Notes: a model not told the origin generated them from the sequence alone. DNA of 63,463 nucleotides from Candidatus Niyogibacteria bacterium (GCA_016186495.1 JACPLO010000004.1:1-63463), one strand, 5' to 3'. Counted from the stretch's first letter, positions 25,736 through 35,023 are shown. Numbers and translations: made by a program.

Positions 25736-26882
25736 AAAACCAGGAATTATTCTTTATCTGGAAAGCATTGGGCTTTTAACGGGAATAATTTTAGGCGCGG
25801 GAATTTTTGTTTTGCCTTTTGTTTTTTCGCAGGCGGGAATTTTTTGGGGACTCTTGCATTTTATTATCACTCTTTTCTTGATTGTAATTTTAAATTTTCT
25901 CTACGGCGAAGCGACTTTTCTCACTCTGGGCCGCCATCGTTTTACCGGTTATGTCAGAATGTATCTCGGCCAATCGGCAAGCCATCTGGCTTTTTTAACG
26001 ACGATTTTAAGCTATTACGGCTCGCTTTTGATTTACGGCCTTTTAGGCGGGATTTTTTTGGAAAATATTTTTAACGGCGGCCGCGGCTCTTCTAACGCTT
26101 TTTGGTTTTCCTTATTGTTTTTTGTTATCGCCGGAATTTTTTCCGTTTTGCGCTTTGAAAAGATCGGCGCCGTTAATTTTTATCTCACTCTTCCGCTTTT
26201 ATTTTTTATTCTTTATCTGGCGGCGGCTTCCTGGCCGCTTTTTGATTTTGCTAATTTTAAGGTTGATTTCAGTTTTAACGAAGCTTGGTTTTTGCCTTAC
26301 GGCGTTTGGCTTTTCGCTCTTTCCGGATTCGCTTCTTTGCCGGAAGCGCGGGATATGATGAAAGGCGCTTCGCTTCGCGATTTTAAAAAAGTGATTTTAT
26401 GGAGTATTTTAATCGCCGCTTTTTTTTCTTTAATTTTTGCTTTATCGGTTTTAGGAATAACCGGCGCGCAGACCAGCGAAGACGCTCTTGCCGGTTTGAA
26501 ATCGTTTCTCGGCCAAAAAGGCGTAATGGTCGGCTCTTTGATCGGTTTTCTGGCAGTTTTTACTTCTTATCTGGCGTTGATCGCGGATTCAAAGGAAATT
26601 TTCAGGATTGATTATAATTTTTCAGCCGGTTCGGCGTGGCTGTTCTCTTTTGTTCCGCCTTTGTTTCTTTTTCTTTTTGGCGCTACCGGTTTGGCGGCGG
26701 TTTTAAGTTTTATCGGCGCGGTGGGTTTGGGAATTTTCGGCATTTTTATTTTAAAGATATCCGAAAGAATTGAGAGTCAAGAAGCGACCGTGTCCCATTG
26801 GCGCGGATTTTTTAAATGGCTGGCCGGTGCGGGTATTCTTTTGGGCGCCCTCTATGAAATTTGGAGTATTTTGCTAAAATAA
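25704..26882 (+). CDS. amino-acid-permease-like polytopic membrane transporter
   Basis: About 11 TM helices. The N-terminal GIILGAGIFVLPFVFSQAG motif is typical of APC/aromatic amino-acid permeases. Confidence 0.6.
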   Translation: MTKKTVGIISEKPGIILYLESIGLLTGIILGAGIFVLPFVFSQAGIFWGLLHFIITLFLIVILNFLYGEATFLTLGRHRFTGYVRMYLGQSASHLAFLTTILSYYGSLLIYGLLGGIFLENIFNGGRGSSNAFWFSLLFFVIAGIFSVLRFEKIGAVNFYLTLPLLFFILYLAAASWPLFDFANFKVDFSFNEAWFLPYGVWLFALSGFASLPEARDMMKGASLRDFKKVILWSILIAAFFSLIFALSVLGITGAQTSEDALAGLKSFLGQKGVMVGSLIGFLAVFTSYLALIADSKEIFRIDYNFSAGSAWLFSFVPPLFLFLFGATGLAAVLSFIGAVGLGIFGIFILKISERIESQEATVSHWRGFFKWLAGAGILLGALYEIWSILLK

Positions 26883-26886
26883 CATT

Positions 26887-27453
26887 ATGAGACAGAATAA
26901 ACGAAATAAAAATAACATTAGAAAATCTCCGGCAAAAGCAAAAACGTTTCTTTCAAAAGAATATTTTATCCAGCCTAAAAAATCCAAGTGGGAATACGAG
27001 GAATTCGGGCCGGGAAAAATTGATATTGTTTTTTGTCCGGAGTGCGGCATTGTTTATTATGACAAATCTTGGCATCATAATCTGCGCCATAAAAAAAATG
27101 TTGAGCATGCCAAGCGCGTAAGTTTTGAGCTTTGTCCGGCTTGCCAAATGGCTAAGCATAACCAATATGAAGGAGAAATAAGAATTTCCGGATTGCCGGC
27201 AACCCAAAAAAAAGAAATTATCCGTCTGATAGAAGCGTTTGGCAAAAAAGCGCGCGAGCGCGATCCTTTGGATCGGATTTTAAAAATTAAATCATTTGAT
27301 TCGGGTGTTTCCGTCCATGTCTCGGAAAATCAAATGACCCAGCGCTTGGCTAAAAAACTGAATGAAACTTATAAAAAGAATTTTTCAAAGCCCGTTATCC
27401 ATAAAGGAAAGGGCGGCGATGTTTTTATTATTACGATGAGTTTTCAAAAATAA
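26887..27453 (+). CDS. zinc-ribbon protein (CPxC...CPxC), possibly NMD3-like fold
   Basis: Basic N-terminus. FCPECG and LCPACQ cysteine pairs lie about 35 aa apart. The family assignment is tentative. Confidence 0.5.
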   Translation: MRQNKRNKNNIRKSPAKAKTFLSKEYFIQPKKSKWEYEEFGPGKIDIVFCPECGIVYYDKSWHHNLRHKKNVEHAKRVSFELCPACQMAKHNQYEGEIRISGLPATQKKEIIRLIEAFGKKARERDPLDRILKIKSFDSGVSVHVSENQMTQRLAKKLNETYKKNFSKPVIHKGKGGDVFIITMSFQK

Positions 27454-27456
27454 TAA

Positions 27457-27483
27457 CCCCAGCGCGTTGGCCGGGGTTTTTTT
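27457..27483 (+). terminator. intrinsic terminator
   Basis: CCCCAGCGCGTTGGCCGGGG followed by a T7 run, directly after the stop at 27453. Confidence 0.6.
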
Positions 27484-27688
27484 AGAGATAAATTTTTAAA
27501 AGAACGAAGAATGGACGAACGGCAGAAACGAAAACTAAATATTTATTTTTTGTCCTTGATTTTTAGGACCAAAAGGGCTTTTGTCTTTGCCGTTCGTTAT
27601 TTTATGATATAAAGTATTTTAAATTTCCGCAAGCTAAACCTGTGGATAACTTTTTCGGCGATTTTAAATATAGTGATACGTTAAAAAT

Positions 27689-28594
27689 ATGAATTCCGAT
27701 TGGATAATTTTTGCGGTTTTGGCTTATTTTGGCTTGGCGTTGTCTGTTGTTTTTGACAAGCTGCTTTTGGAAAAATACATTCCGCGCCCATATTTATACG
27801 CCGCTTATGTCGGACTTCTCGGATTCTACGGCTGGTTTCTGGCGCCTTTTGGTTTTTCTTTTGATAATTTGACGCTTTCGGCGGCGCTGTTCAGCGTCTT
27901 AAGCGGACTGATGTTCATATTCGCGCTTATCTTTTTTTATTGGAGCGTTCAGCGCGATGAAATTTCAAGAATAGCGGGATTAACGGGAGCTTTCAGCGCT
28001 GTTTTAATTTGGTTTTTCGTGAATCGGCTAAAATTGGAGAGTTTAGGACAAACGGAGATTTTGGCTTTTTCTCTTTTGATTTTAGGGGGAGTTTTGATGT
28101 CTTTCCGCCGCGGCTATTTTAGATTTTCCGTAAAAACTTTATTTTTAGGAGCGCTAGCTTCGTTATTTTTTGCTTTTTCTTTAATCTTAATTAAGATTGC
28201 TTATTCAAAAACCGGATTTTTAAACGCTTATATTTTAGGGCGCAGCGGAGAATTTTTGGCTGGCCTTTTGTTTTTAACCGTCTCTTCGGTTCGGCGCGAT
28301 ATTTTTTCTAATTTGAAAAGCGCCGGCAAAAACGGCGTCGCGATTTTTTTGGGGAATAAAATTTTAGCGGCCGGTTCTTTTCTTTTGCTTAATTATGCCG
28401 TGCTTTTGGGAAAAATCAGCTTAATTCAAGCTATGCAGGGTTTGCAATATGTTTTTGTTTTAGTTTTGGCTTTAATAGCTTCTTTTAAAATGCCGCAGAT
28501 TTTTAAGGAAGAAATCGGTTTTAGCGCTATCCTTCAAAAAGGATTTGCCGTTCTGATGATTATAGCCGGAATTATTTTATTGGTGGCGTTTTAA
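27689..28594 (+). CDS. EamA/DMT-like 10-TM transporter
   Basis: Two roughly repeated 5-TM halves, no soluble domains. Confidence 0.55.
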   Translation: MNSDWIIFAVLAYFGLALSVVFDKLLLEKYIPRPYLYAAYVGLLGFYGWFLAPFGFSFDNLTLSAALFSVLSGLMFIFALIFFYWSVQRDEISRIAGLTGAFSAVLIWFFVNRLKLESLGQTEILAFSLLILGGVLMSFRRGYFRFSVKTLFLGALASLFFAFSLILIKIAYSKTGFLNAYILGRSGEFLAGLLFLTVSSVRRDIFSNLKSAGKNGVAIFLGNKILAAGSFLLLNYAVLLGKISLIQAMQGLQYVFVLVLALIASFKMPQIFKEEIGFSAILQKGFAVLMIIAGIILLVAF

Positions 28595-28619
28595 AATTAA
28601 CTTTGCTATATTTATAGAT

Positions 28620-29255
28620 ATGATCAGTAAAGTCGTTAAAATTATGGTTTTGTCCGATTTTGTGTTCAACTCCGCTCTTGGCTCTTTTGGACCTGTTTTT
28701 GCTATTTTTTTGACAGATAAAATAACAGGAGGCAACGCGGAAGTAGTGGGGTTTTCCGTAGCTGTTTATTGGGTGGTTAAATCCATTTTTCAGCTGCCAA
28801 TCGCCAGATTTTTAGATAAAACTGACGGTGAAAAAGACGACTTTTACGCTTTGTTTACAGGTTATATTCTAGCCAGCATTTCCGTTTTTCTTTTTATTTT
28901 TGCCAAAACTCCTCTTCATATTTATTTAATTCAGGCTTTTTTTGGAATAGTGATGGCGATAGCGGTTCCGGCGTGGTACGGCATTTTTACCCGCCATATT
29001 GACGATGACAAGACAAGTTTTGAATGGAGTCTGGAAAGCGTTTTTTCCGTGGGTTTGGCAACGGCGATTTCCGGCGCCATTGGCGGCATAATCGTCACTA
29101 AGTTCGGTTTTAATGTTTTGTTTGTCTGCGCCAGTGCCTTTTCTTTTTTGAGCGCTTTTTCGCTTTTATTTTTATATCCTCACCTGACTAAAAAAACTGC
29201 GTCAAAAATAACTATGGCGGACGTTAAAAACCGCCAGCAGCAATATTATATATAG
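28620..29255 (+). CDS. half-size MFS-like membrane protein (6 TM)
   Basis: Six hydrophobic helices. The LPIARFLDKTDGEK loop resembles the MFS TM2-3 loop motif. Length is about half of a normal MFS protein. Confidence 0.5.
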   Translation: MISKVVKIMVLSDFVFNSALGSFGPVFAIFLTDKITGGNAEVVGFSVAVYWVVKSIFQLPIARFLDKTDGEKDDFYALFTGYILASISVFLFIFAKTPLHIYLIQAFFGIVMAIAVPAWYGIFTRHIDDDKTSFEWSLESVFSVGLATAISGAIGGIIVTKFGFNVLFVCASAFSFLSAFSLLFLYPHLTKKTASKITMADVKNRQQQYYI

Positions 29256-31003
29256 TGGTAATTTTTAGCGGGGATAATCAAAAACTGGCGAAAATTTTTC
29301 AAGAGATGGCTGAATTCCTATCAATGGAAGAAGTGGCTTTTAAGCCGCGCGCTTACGAAAAAGCGGCTTTGAGCCTGGAAACATTGCGGGAAAATATCGG
29401 CGAAATTTACAAAAAAAAAGGCATTGAGGGTTTGAAAAGCATTCCCGGCGTTGGCCAAGGCATCGCGGAAAAAATTATTGAATATCTGAAAACCGGAAAA
29501 ATTAAAGAGCATCAGCGGCTAAAGAAAAAATTTCCCGTGAAGATAGAGGAATTGACGGCCGTGGAAGGGATTGGCCCGAAAATGGCGCGGGATTTATACG
29601 AACAGCTTAAAATTAAAGATATTAAAGATTTGGAAAAAGCCGCGAAAGCCGGAAAAATTCGCGGTTTGCCGCGTTTCGGCTTGAAAACCGAACAAAATAT
29701 TTTACAAGGCATAAAATTTTTTAAAAAAAGCGGGAGCAGATTTTTATTGGGAGAAATTCTTCCGAGAGTTTATGAAATAATCGCGGAATTAAAAAATTTT
29801 AAAGAAGTCAAACAAATTTCCGAAGCCGGTTCAGTCCGGCGTCGCCTGGAAACAATCGGCGATATTGATATTTTAATTGCCAGTCCTAATCCTGAAAAAG
29901 TCGTTGATTATTTTGTTTCTCTGCCCGGGATTATAAAAATTTGGAACAAAGGCCCGACAAAAGCGTCAATCCGTTTAAGCGGCGAATACGACGTTGATTT
30001 GCGGGTTTTGCCGGAAAAACAATTCGGTTCTGCTTTGCAGTATTTTACCGGTTCAAAAGAACATAATATAGTTTTAAGAAAAATTGCCGTTAAAAAAGGC
30101 TTAAAACTTTCTGAATACGGGCTGTTTAAGGGAGAAAAGAGAATTGCCGCTGAATCTGAAGAAGAAATTTATCGGGCTTTGGAATTGAATTATATTGAGC
30201 CAGAAATGCGGGAAAATCAAGGCGAAATAGAACTGTCTTTAAAAGGCAAATTGCCGAAATTGATTGAGCTTAAAGATATTAAAGGCGATCTTCATTGCCA
30301 TTCGCATTGGGGAGCGGGAAAAAGAACCATTAACGAGCTGGCGGAAACGGCGATAAAAATCGGTTACGAATATATCGGCATTTCCGACCACACGAAGTTT
30401 TTAAGAATTGAATACGGGCTTGATGAAAAAAAATTAATGGAACAGAAAAAATATATTGATAAATTAAATCAGAAATTGAAAATTGAAAATTGTAAATTAA
30501 AAATTTTGTGCGGTTGCGAAGCGAATATCTTAGCGGACGGTTCAATTGACATTGCCGATAAGATTTTAGCAAAACTGGATTACGTGATAGCCGGCGTCCA
30601 TTCGCAGATGAAAATGCCGAAAAACGAAATGACTGAAAGAATCGTCAAGGCGATGAGAAATCCGAATGTTGACATTATTTCCCATCCGACCGGAAGAATT
30701 TTAAAACAGCGCGAAGAATATCAGATTGATTTTGACAAAATTTTGAAAATCGCCAAAGAAACCGGAACGATTTTGGAAATTAACGCCAATCCGTTTCGGC
30801 TTGATTTGAATGATCAAAATATCCGCCGGGCAAAAAAAATAGGCGTAAAAATGATTATTAATTCCGACGCCCATCAAAAAGAGCAATTAAATTTTATGCC
30901 ATACGGGGTTTTTCAGGCCCGGCGCGGCTGGGCGGAAAAAAATGACGTGATTAACGCCTGGCCGCTTCAAAAGTTTTTGAATTTCATTAAACAACAGGTT
31001 TAA
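29255..31003 (+). CDS. polX: family X DNA polymerase with C-terminal PHP phosphoesterase domain (PolX)
   Basis: HhH motifs (IPGVGQGIAEKI, VEGIGPKMA), GSVRRRLETIGDIDIL, YFTGSKEHN and the PHP block DLHCHSHWG...ISDH. GTG start. Confidence 0.9.
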   Translation: MVIFSGDNQKLAKIFQEMAEFLSMEEVAFKPRAYEKAALSLETLRENIGEIYKKKGIEGLKSIPGVGQGIAEKIIEYLKTGKIKEHQRLKKKFPVKIEELTAVEGIGPKMARDLYEQLKIKDIKDLEKAAKAGKIRGLPRFGLKTEQNILQGIKFFKKSGSRFLLGEILPRVYEIIAELKNFKEVKQISEAGSVRRRLETIGDIDILIASPNPEKVVDYFVSLPGIIKIWNKGPTKASIRLSGEYDVDLRVLPEKQFGSALQYFTGSKEHNIVLRKIAVKKGLKLSEYGLFKGEKRIAAESEEEIYRALELNYIEPEMRENQGEIELSLKGKLPKLIELKDIKGDLHCHSHWGAGKRTINELAETAIKIGYEYIGISDHTKFLRIEYGLDEKKLMEQKKYIDKLNQKLKIENCKLKILCGCEANILADGSIDIADKILAKLDYVIAGVHSQMKMPKNEMTERIVKAMRNPNVDIISHPTGRILKQREEYQIDFDKILKIAKETGTILEINANPFRLDLNDQNIRRAKKIGVKMIINSDAHQKEQLNFMPYGVFQARRGWAEKNDVINAWPLQKFLNFIKQQV

Positions 31004-31346
31004 GAGCTGATTTTTCCACTATTTCTTTAAAAACTTCCGGTTTGTGTTCGGCTAAGCCGGCAAGGATTTTTCGATCAAGGATGATTTTTGCTTTTTTGAG
31101 CCGATTCATAAGCTGGCTGTAAGAAACGCCGTTTTCGCGGGCCGCGGCGTTTATTTTTATCTGCCAGAGTTTGCGAAAATTTCTTTTCTTTTTGCGGCGG
31201 TCGTTAAAAGCGTGAACGCCGGCGTGAAGAAGCGCTTCGCGCGCGGCGCGCTCTTTGGATTTCCGGCTAAAACGGAAACCTTTAACCTGGCGCAAAACAT
31301 TTCTGCGCCGCTTCATTGAAATTACCCCTCTTTTTATTCTGGTCAT
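30987..31346 (-). CDS. rplT: 50S ribosomal protein L20
   Basis: MTRIKRGVISMKRRRNVLRQVKGFRFSRK... Confidence 0.95.
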   Translation of the reverse strand: MTRIKRGVISMKRRRNVLRQVKGFRFSRKSKERAAREALLHAGVHAFNDRRKKKRNFRKLWQIKINAAARENGVSYSQLMNRLKKAKIILDRKILAGLAEHKPEVFKEIVEKSALKPVV

Positions 31347-31357
31347 AAATTATTTTT

Positions 31358-31549
31358 TTAATTAAACGGCAAATAATGGCCCAATTCTTTTTTGCCGATA
31401 TTAAATCCCGTTAATTTTTTTTGATGGAGCTGTTTTTGGCGCGATTTTTTGGCGTTGAAATGATTCTGCCCGGGAACGCGCCTCAACACTTTGCCTTTTT
31501 TGGTGATTTTTAATCTTTTGGCGAATGATTTGTTGGTTTTAGTGGTCAT
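31358..31549 (-). CDS. rpmI: 50S ribosomal protein L35
   Basis: KTNKSFAKRLKITKKGKVLRR... Confidence 0.93.
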   Translation of the reverse strand: MTTKTNKSFAKRLKITKKGKVLRRVPGQNHFNAKKSRQKQLHQKKLTGFNIGKKELGHYLPFN

Positions 31550-31550
31550 T

Positions 31551-32066
31551 TTATTTTTCTTTTTCCATTATGATTGATATGCCGCGCGGCCCTTTTTTGG
31601 GGCCGTCCACAGTTTTATGTTTTTCCGGAATTAAGTGAAGAAGGCGGTTCAGCCGTTCTTGAAGAAATTCTTTGTCCAGATATTTTGCCCTTCCCTTTAA
31701 AAATAAATCTATTTTGACGCGGTCGCCTTCTTTCAAAAACTGCGCCGCTTTTCTGGCTTTAAGTTCAAGATCGTGCTGGGAAGTTCCGATACTGACTCTG
31801 ATTTCTCGGAGCTCAATTCTATGCGCTTTTTTCGTTTCGCGGGCTTTCTTTTCCTGAAGATAAATGTATTTTCCGTAATCCATAATCCGGCAGACCGGCG
31901 GCTGGGCTTTTGGAGAAATTTCTATCAGATCAAGCCCGGCTTCTTTGGCTTTGGCCAGCGCTTCGGAAAGATTCACAATACCCATATTTTCTCCTTCTTT
32001 TCCCAAAAGGCGGATTTCAAGAGCTCTTATTTGATTGTTTATTCTCGGTCGATTATTCAGATGAAT
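31551..32066 (-). CDS. infC: translation initiation factor IF-3, non-AUG start
   Basis: The frame is open upstream of the tracked TTG and encodes the conserved RINNQIRALEIRLLGKEGENMGIV N-terminal block. There is no in-frame ATG. ATT at 32064..32066 (or 32082..32084) is the likely start. Confidence 0.85.
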   Translation of the reverse strand: MHLNNRPRINNQIRALEIRLLGKEGENMGIVNLSEALAKAKEAGLDLIEISPKAQPPVCRIMDYGKYIYLQEKKARETKKAHRIELREIRVSIGTSQHDLELKARKAAQFLKEGDRVKIDLFLKGRAKYLDKEFLQERLNRLLHLIPEKHKTVDGPKKGPRGISIIMEKEK

Positions 32067-32150
32067 TGGATTTCTTGATAAAATCTTTGTTAATTACTTT
32101 ATTAGATTATCATATTATTTATTAATGTTCAAGATATTGTTATTGTTAGT

Positions 32151-32606
32151 ATGATAGTTATGATGGCCAAAATTATTCAAAATAAAAAAGCTTTTTTTGA
32201 TTACGAAATTCTGGAAAAATTTGAAGCGGGGCTGGGATTAAAAGGTTATGAAGTCAAAGCGTTGAAAAACGGCCGAGGCAGCATTATGGGAGCGAGAGTG
32301 CTGATTCGGGGAGGCGAGGCGTTTGTCGTGGGAATGGATATTGCGCCGTATCAACCGGGCAACGCGCCGGCTGGTTATGATTCCGGCCGAACCAGGCGTT
32401 TGCTTCTGCATAAGAAAGAAATAAGATATTTGGAAGGAAAGGCCAACGAACGAGGCTTGACTTTGGTGCCGATTAGTGTTTATACTAAAGGCAATCTTAT
32501 AAAGCTTGAATTTGGCGCCGGGCGCGGCAAGAAAAAAAGCGATAAGCGCGAAACGATTAAAAAGCGCGAAGCGCAGAGAAAAATAGAAAGAGCTTTGAAA
32601 TTTTGA
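32151..32606 (+). CDS. smpB: SsrA-binding protein SmpB
   Basis: NKKAFFDYEILEKFEAGLGLKGYEVKAL and LLLHKKEI motifs. Confidence 0.93.
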   Translation: MIVMMAKIIQNKKAFFDYEILEKFEAGLGLKGYEVKALKNGRGSIMGARVLIRGGEAFVVGMDIAPYQPGNAPAGYDSGRTRRLLLHKKEIRYLEGKANERGLTLVPISVYTKGNLIKLEFGAGRGKKKSDKRETIKKREAQRKIERALKF

Positions 32607-32615
32607 TAAAAAAAC

Positions 32616-32961
32616 GGGGATGATCGGCTTCGAAAGGAGTTTGAAAATTTTTGCTTCAGGCAGAGTATGGCGGGACATCTCTTAAAACTGATCCTGCCGA
32701 AAATAAAAGCAAATAATCAATTTGCCTACGCTTACGCTTAATTAAGCCGTAAGCCATCTGATTTGCCGACGCTCCATAGGCAAAATCGGGTGTCATTTTT
32801 TGGAGCTTGATTCTGCGATATCTCTAAACAGAACGACCAAAAGAGATAAAACTTTTCGGATTTTGTTTGGTTAAAACCGAAAAGCGCTTTAAAACCATTC
32901 TAAGCCCGTAAACGCAAAATTGGATAACTTCTTTACGCGGGTTCAATTCCCGCCATCTCCA
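32616..32961 (+). ncRNA. ssrA: tmRNA (SsrA), one-piece
   Basis: 5' GGGGAUGAUCGGCUUCGA and 3' GCGGGUUCAAUUCCCGCCAUCUCCA (T-arm plus acceptor with G3:U). Tag ORF is GCA AAT AAT CAA TTT GCC TAC GCT TAC GCT TAA at 32709..32741, giving ANNQFAYAYA*. CCA is not encoded. Confidence 0.92.
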
Positions 32962-32974
32962 TCGAATTCGGCTC

Positions 32975-33001
32975 AAAAACCCCGCTTTTGGCGGGGTTTT
33001 T
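32975..33001 (+). terminator. intrinsic terminator after tmRNA
   Basis: AAAAACCCCGC-TTTTG-GCGGGGTTTTT. Confidence 0.75.
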
Positions 33002-33141
33002 GATTTGCCGGATTCAGATGGAGATGAGCGAGCGAACTGCTTCGCTCGCGGGCGGGAATTGAAAGCCGCAGCGATGTTCCGCGAAGCGGAATAAGCGAGG
33101 CGGGGTCGCAAAAAATTTCCATCAGGAAATTTATTTGTGAC

Positions 33142-33160
33142 CAATTCCCGCCATCTCCAT
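33142..33160 (+). repeat. 19-bp direct repeat of the tmRNA 3' end (att-like)
   Basis: CAATTCCCGCCATCTCCAT is identical to 32944..32962. A third, inverted and interrupted copy lies at 33018..33061. Confidence 0.8.
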
Positions 33161-33196
33161 AAATAAAAATCACCCGTTCAATATATTGAACGGGCG
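33160..33196 (-). terminator. intrinsic terminator of pyrG
   Basis: CCCGTTCAATA/TATTGAACGGG palindrome followed on the - strand by TGATTTTTATTT. Confidence 0.7.
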
Positions 33197-33213
33197 AAAT
33201 TTTATTTTTTTAT

Positions 33214-34848
33214 TTATTTTTTATTTTTTCTTTCAAGAGCGGCTTTGATAAATCCCTTGAACAACGGATGAGGATTGAGCGGCCGCGACAGAAATTCCGG
33301 ATGGAATTGGACGCCGACAAAAAAAGGATGTTCATCTTTGGCTAATTCCACAATTTCAACCAGTTTCTTATCCGGCGAAACTCCGGCGATTACCAGCCCG
33401 AATTTTTCCAATGCCTCCCGGTATTGATTGTTAAATTCATATCTATGTCGGTGCCTTTCTTCAATCGTATCTTTTCCGTAACAACTTCTGCTGATAGATT
33501 TTTCATTAAGGCAGCAAGCGTATTTTCCCAAACGCATTGTTCCGCCTTTTTTATTCACCTGTTTTTGGCTTAACATCAGGTCAATGACCGGATATTTTGT
33601 TTCAGGATTGATTTCCGTCGTATGAGCTTCATTCAAGCCGGCGGCATTTCTGGCAAATTCTACGGCTGCTAATTGCATGCCAAAACATAATCCCAGATAA
33701 GGGATGGCGTTTTTTCGGCAGAAAGAGATGGCGTCAATAATTCCTTCCGTTCCTCTCTTGCCAAACCCTCCCGGCACGACAACGCCGGCGTATTTTAATA
33801 AATTACAGATATTAAAACCGGCCTCAAAGTTTTCAGAATTTATGAAATCAATAACCGGATTTCTTTTAAAATTCCAAGCGGCGTGTTTTAACGCTTCTAC
33901 CACGGAAATGTAAACATCCGCTCCTTTGTCAAAATACTTTCCGACAATCGCGATTTTAATCTGACTTTCAGGGTTTTGGACGCTTTTGACGGTTTCAACG
34001 AGATTGTTCCATTGATTAAGATCGGGTTTAAGATTGTTAAATCCTAATTTTTCTCCGATCAATTCAACGATCTTTCCTGTCTGAAAATTAAGAGGAATCT
34101 CATAAATATTCTTTACCGTCGGAGCGGGAATGACCGCTTTTTTCGGAACGCCGCAAAACTTTGAAATTTTATTGAGCGCGTTTTCCGGAATTTCTCTGTC
34201 TGTTCGCGCTAAAATAATATCCGGCCTAACGCCGTATTTCCTAAGAAGCGCGACTGAATGCTGGGTTGGTTTTGTTTTCAGTTCATCCGAACTTTCAAGG
34301 TAAATCAAGAGGCTTAAATGAACGGAAAGCGTAAAATCAGCGGGCAGTTCATCTCTTAATTGGCGAATCGCTTCCAGAAACGATTCTCCTTCAATATCGC
34401 CGACGGTTCCGCCGATTTCCACGATCACGACATCGGCGTTGCTTTTTTCCGCGGCAGCCAAAATTTTTATTTTAATCTCGTTGGTTATATGAGGAATTAT
34501 TTGGATTGTTTCTCCCAAAAAATCTCCCTTTCTTTCTTTTTTCGTTACTTCATTGTAAATCTGCCCGGACGAAACACTGCTTATTTTAGTAATCGGTTGA
34601 TTAAGCATTCTTTCGTAATGGCCTAAATCCAGGTCTGTTTCCGCTCCGTCATCGGAGACAAAAACTTCTCCGTGTTGAGCCGGATTCATTGTGCCGGGGT
34701 CAACATTAAGATAAGGATCCATTTTCATTACGAAGATTTTCAGACCGGAAGATTTTAACAGCATTCCTAAAGACGCTGATGCTATTCCTTTTCCAAGCGA
34801 AGAACAAACTCCGCCGGTGACAAAAATAAATTTGCTTTTTATCGTCAT
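33214..34848 (-). CDS. pyrG: CTP synthase
   Basis: FVTGGVCSSLGKG, a GATase block with GLCFGMQ and QFHPEF. Confidence 0.96.
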   Translation of the reverse strand: MTIKSKFIFVTGGVCSSLGKGIASASLGMLLKSSGLKIFVMKMDPYLNVDPGTMNPAQHGEVFVSDDGAETDLDLGHYERMLNQPITKISSVSSGQIYNEVTKKERKGDFLGETIQIIPHITNEIKIKILAAAEKSNADVVIVEIGGTVGDIEGESFLEAIRQLRDELPADFTLSVHLSLLIYLESSDELKTKPTQHSVALLRKYGVRPDIILARTDREIPENALNKISKFCGVPKKAVIPAPTVKNIYEIPLNFQTGKIVELIGEKLGFNNLKPDLNQWNNLVETVKSVQNPESQIKIAIVGKYFDKGADVYISVVEALKHAAWNFKRNPVIDFINSENFEAGFNICNLLKYAGVVVPGGFGKRGTEGIIDAISFCRKNAIPYLGLCFGMQLAAVEFARNAAGLNEAHTTEINPETKYPVIDLMLSQKQVNKKGGTMRLGKYACCLNEKSISRSCYGKDTIEERHRHRYEFNNQYREALEKFGLVIAGVSPDKKLVEIVELAKDEHPFFVGVQFHPEFLSRPLNPHPLFKGFIKAALERKNKK

Positions 34849-35023
34849 TGTCCGCCTCCTTCTTAGCCAAATTGTTAAGTATTATTAAAGTTCAATTTTA
34901 TGATTTTAATGATACTTAATTAAAGAAATAAATCAAGATTTTCTTGCTTACTGTTGTTTTTTGAGGTTATACTAAACATTAGTTTTGTTGTTTTAAAAAA
35001 TAAAAAAAGTTTAAGGAGGCCAG

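Noticed and set aside
27641-27649. Perfect DnaA box TGTGGATAA (and TTATCCACA at 51633..51641) as a possible replication origin
   Set aside because: These are single isolated boxes with no cluster, no adjacent AT-rich unwinding element pattern, no dnaA/dnaN nearby and no strand-bias switch of genes. One or two 9-mers per 63 kb are compatible with chance.
33018-33160. Intact prophage or genomic island integrated at tmRNA
   Set aside because: att-like repeats are present, but the enclosed DNA is only ~180 bp with no integrase or cargo genes. It is reported only as scars.
32824-33173. ORFs of 106 and 66 aa on the - strand across the tmRNA 3' half and the att-like repeats
   Set aside because: They are antisense to a clear tmRNA and a terminator. 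There are no start-context or coding features, and no integrase-like sequence is present.
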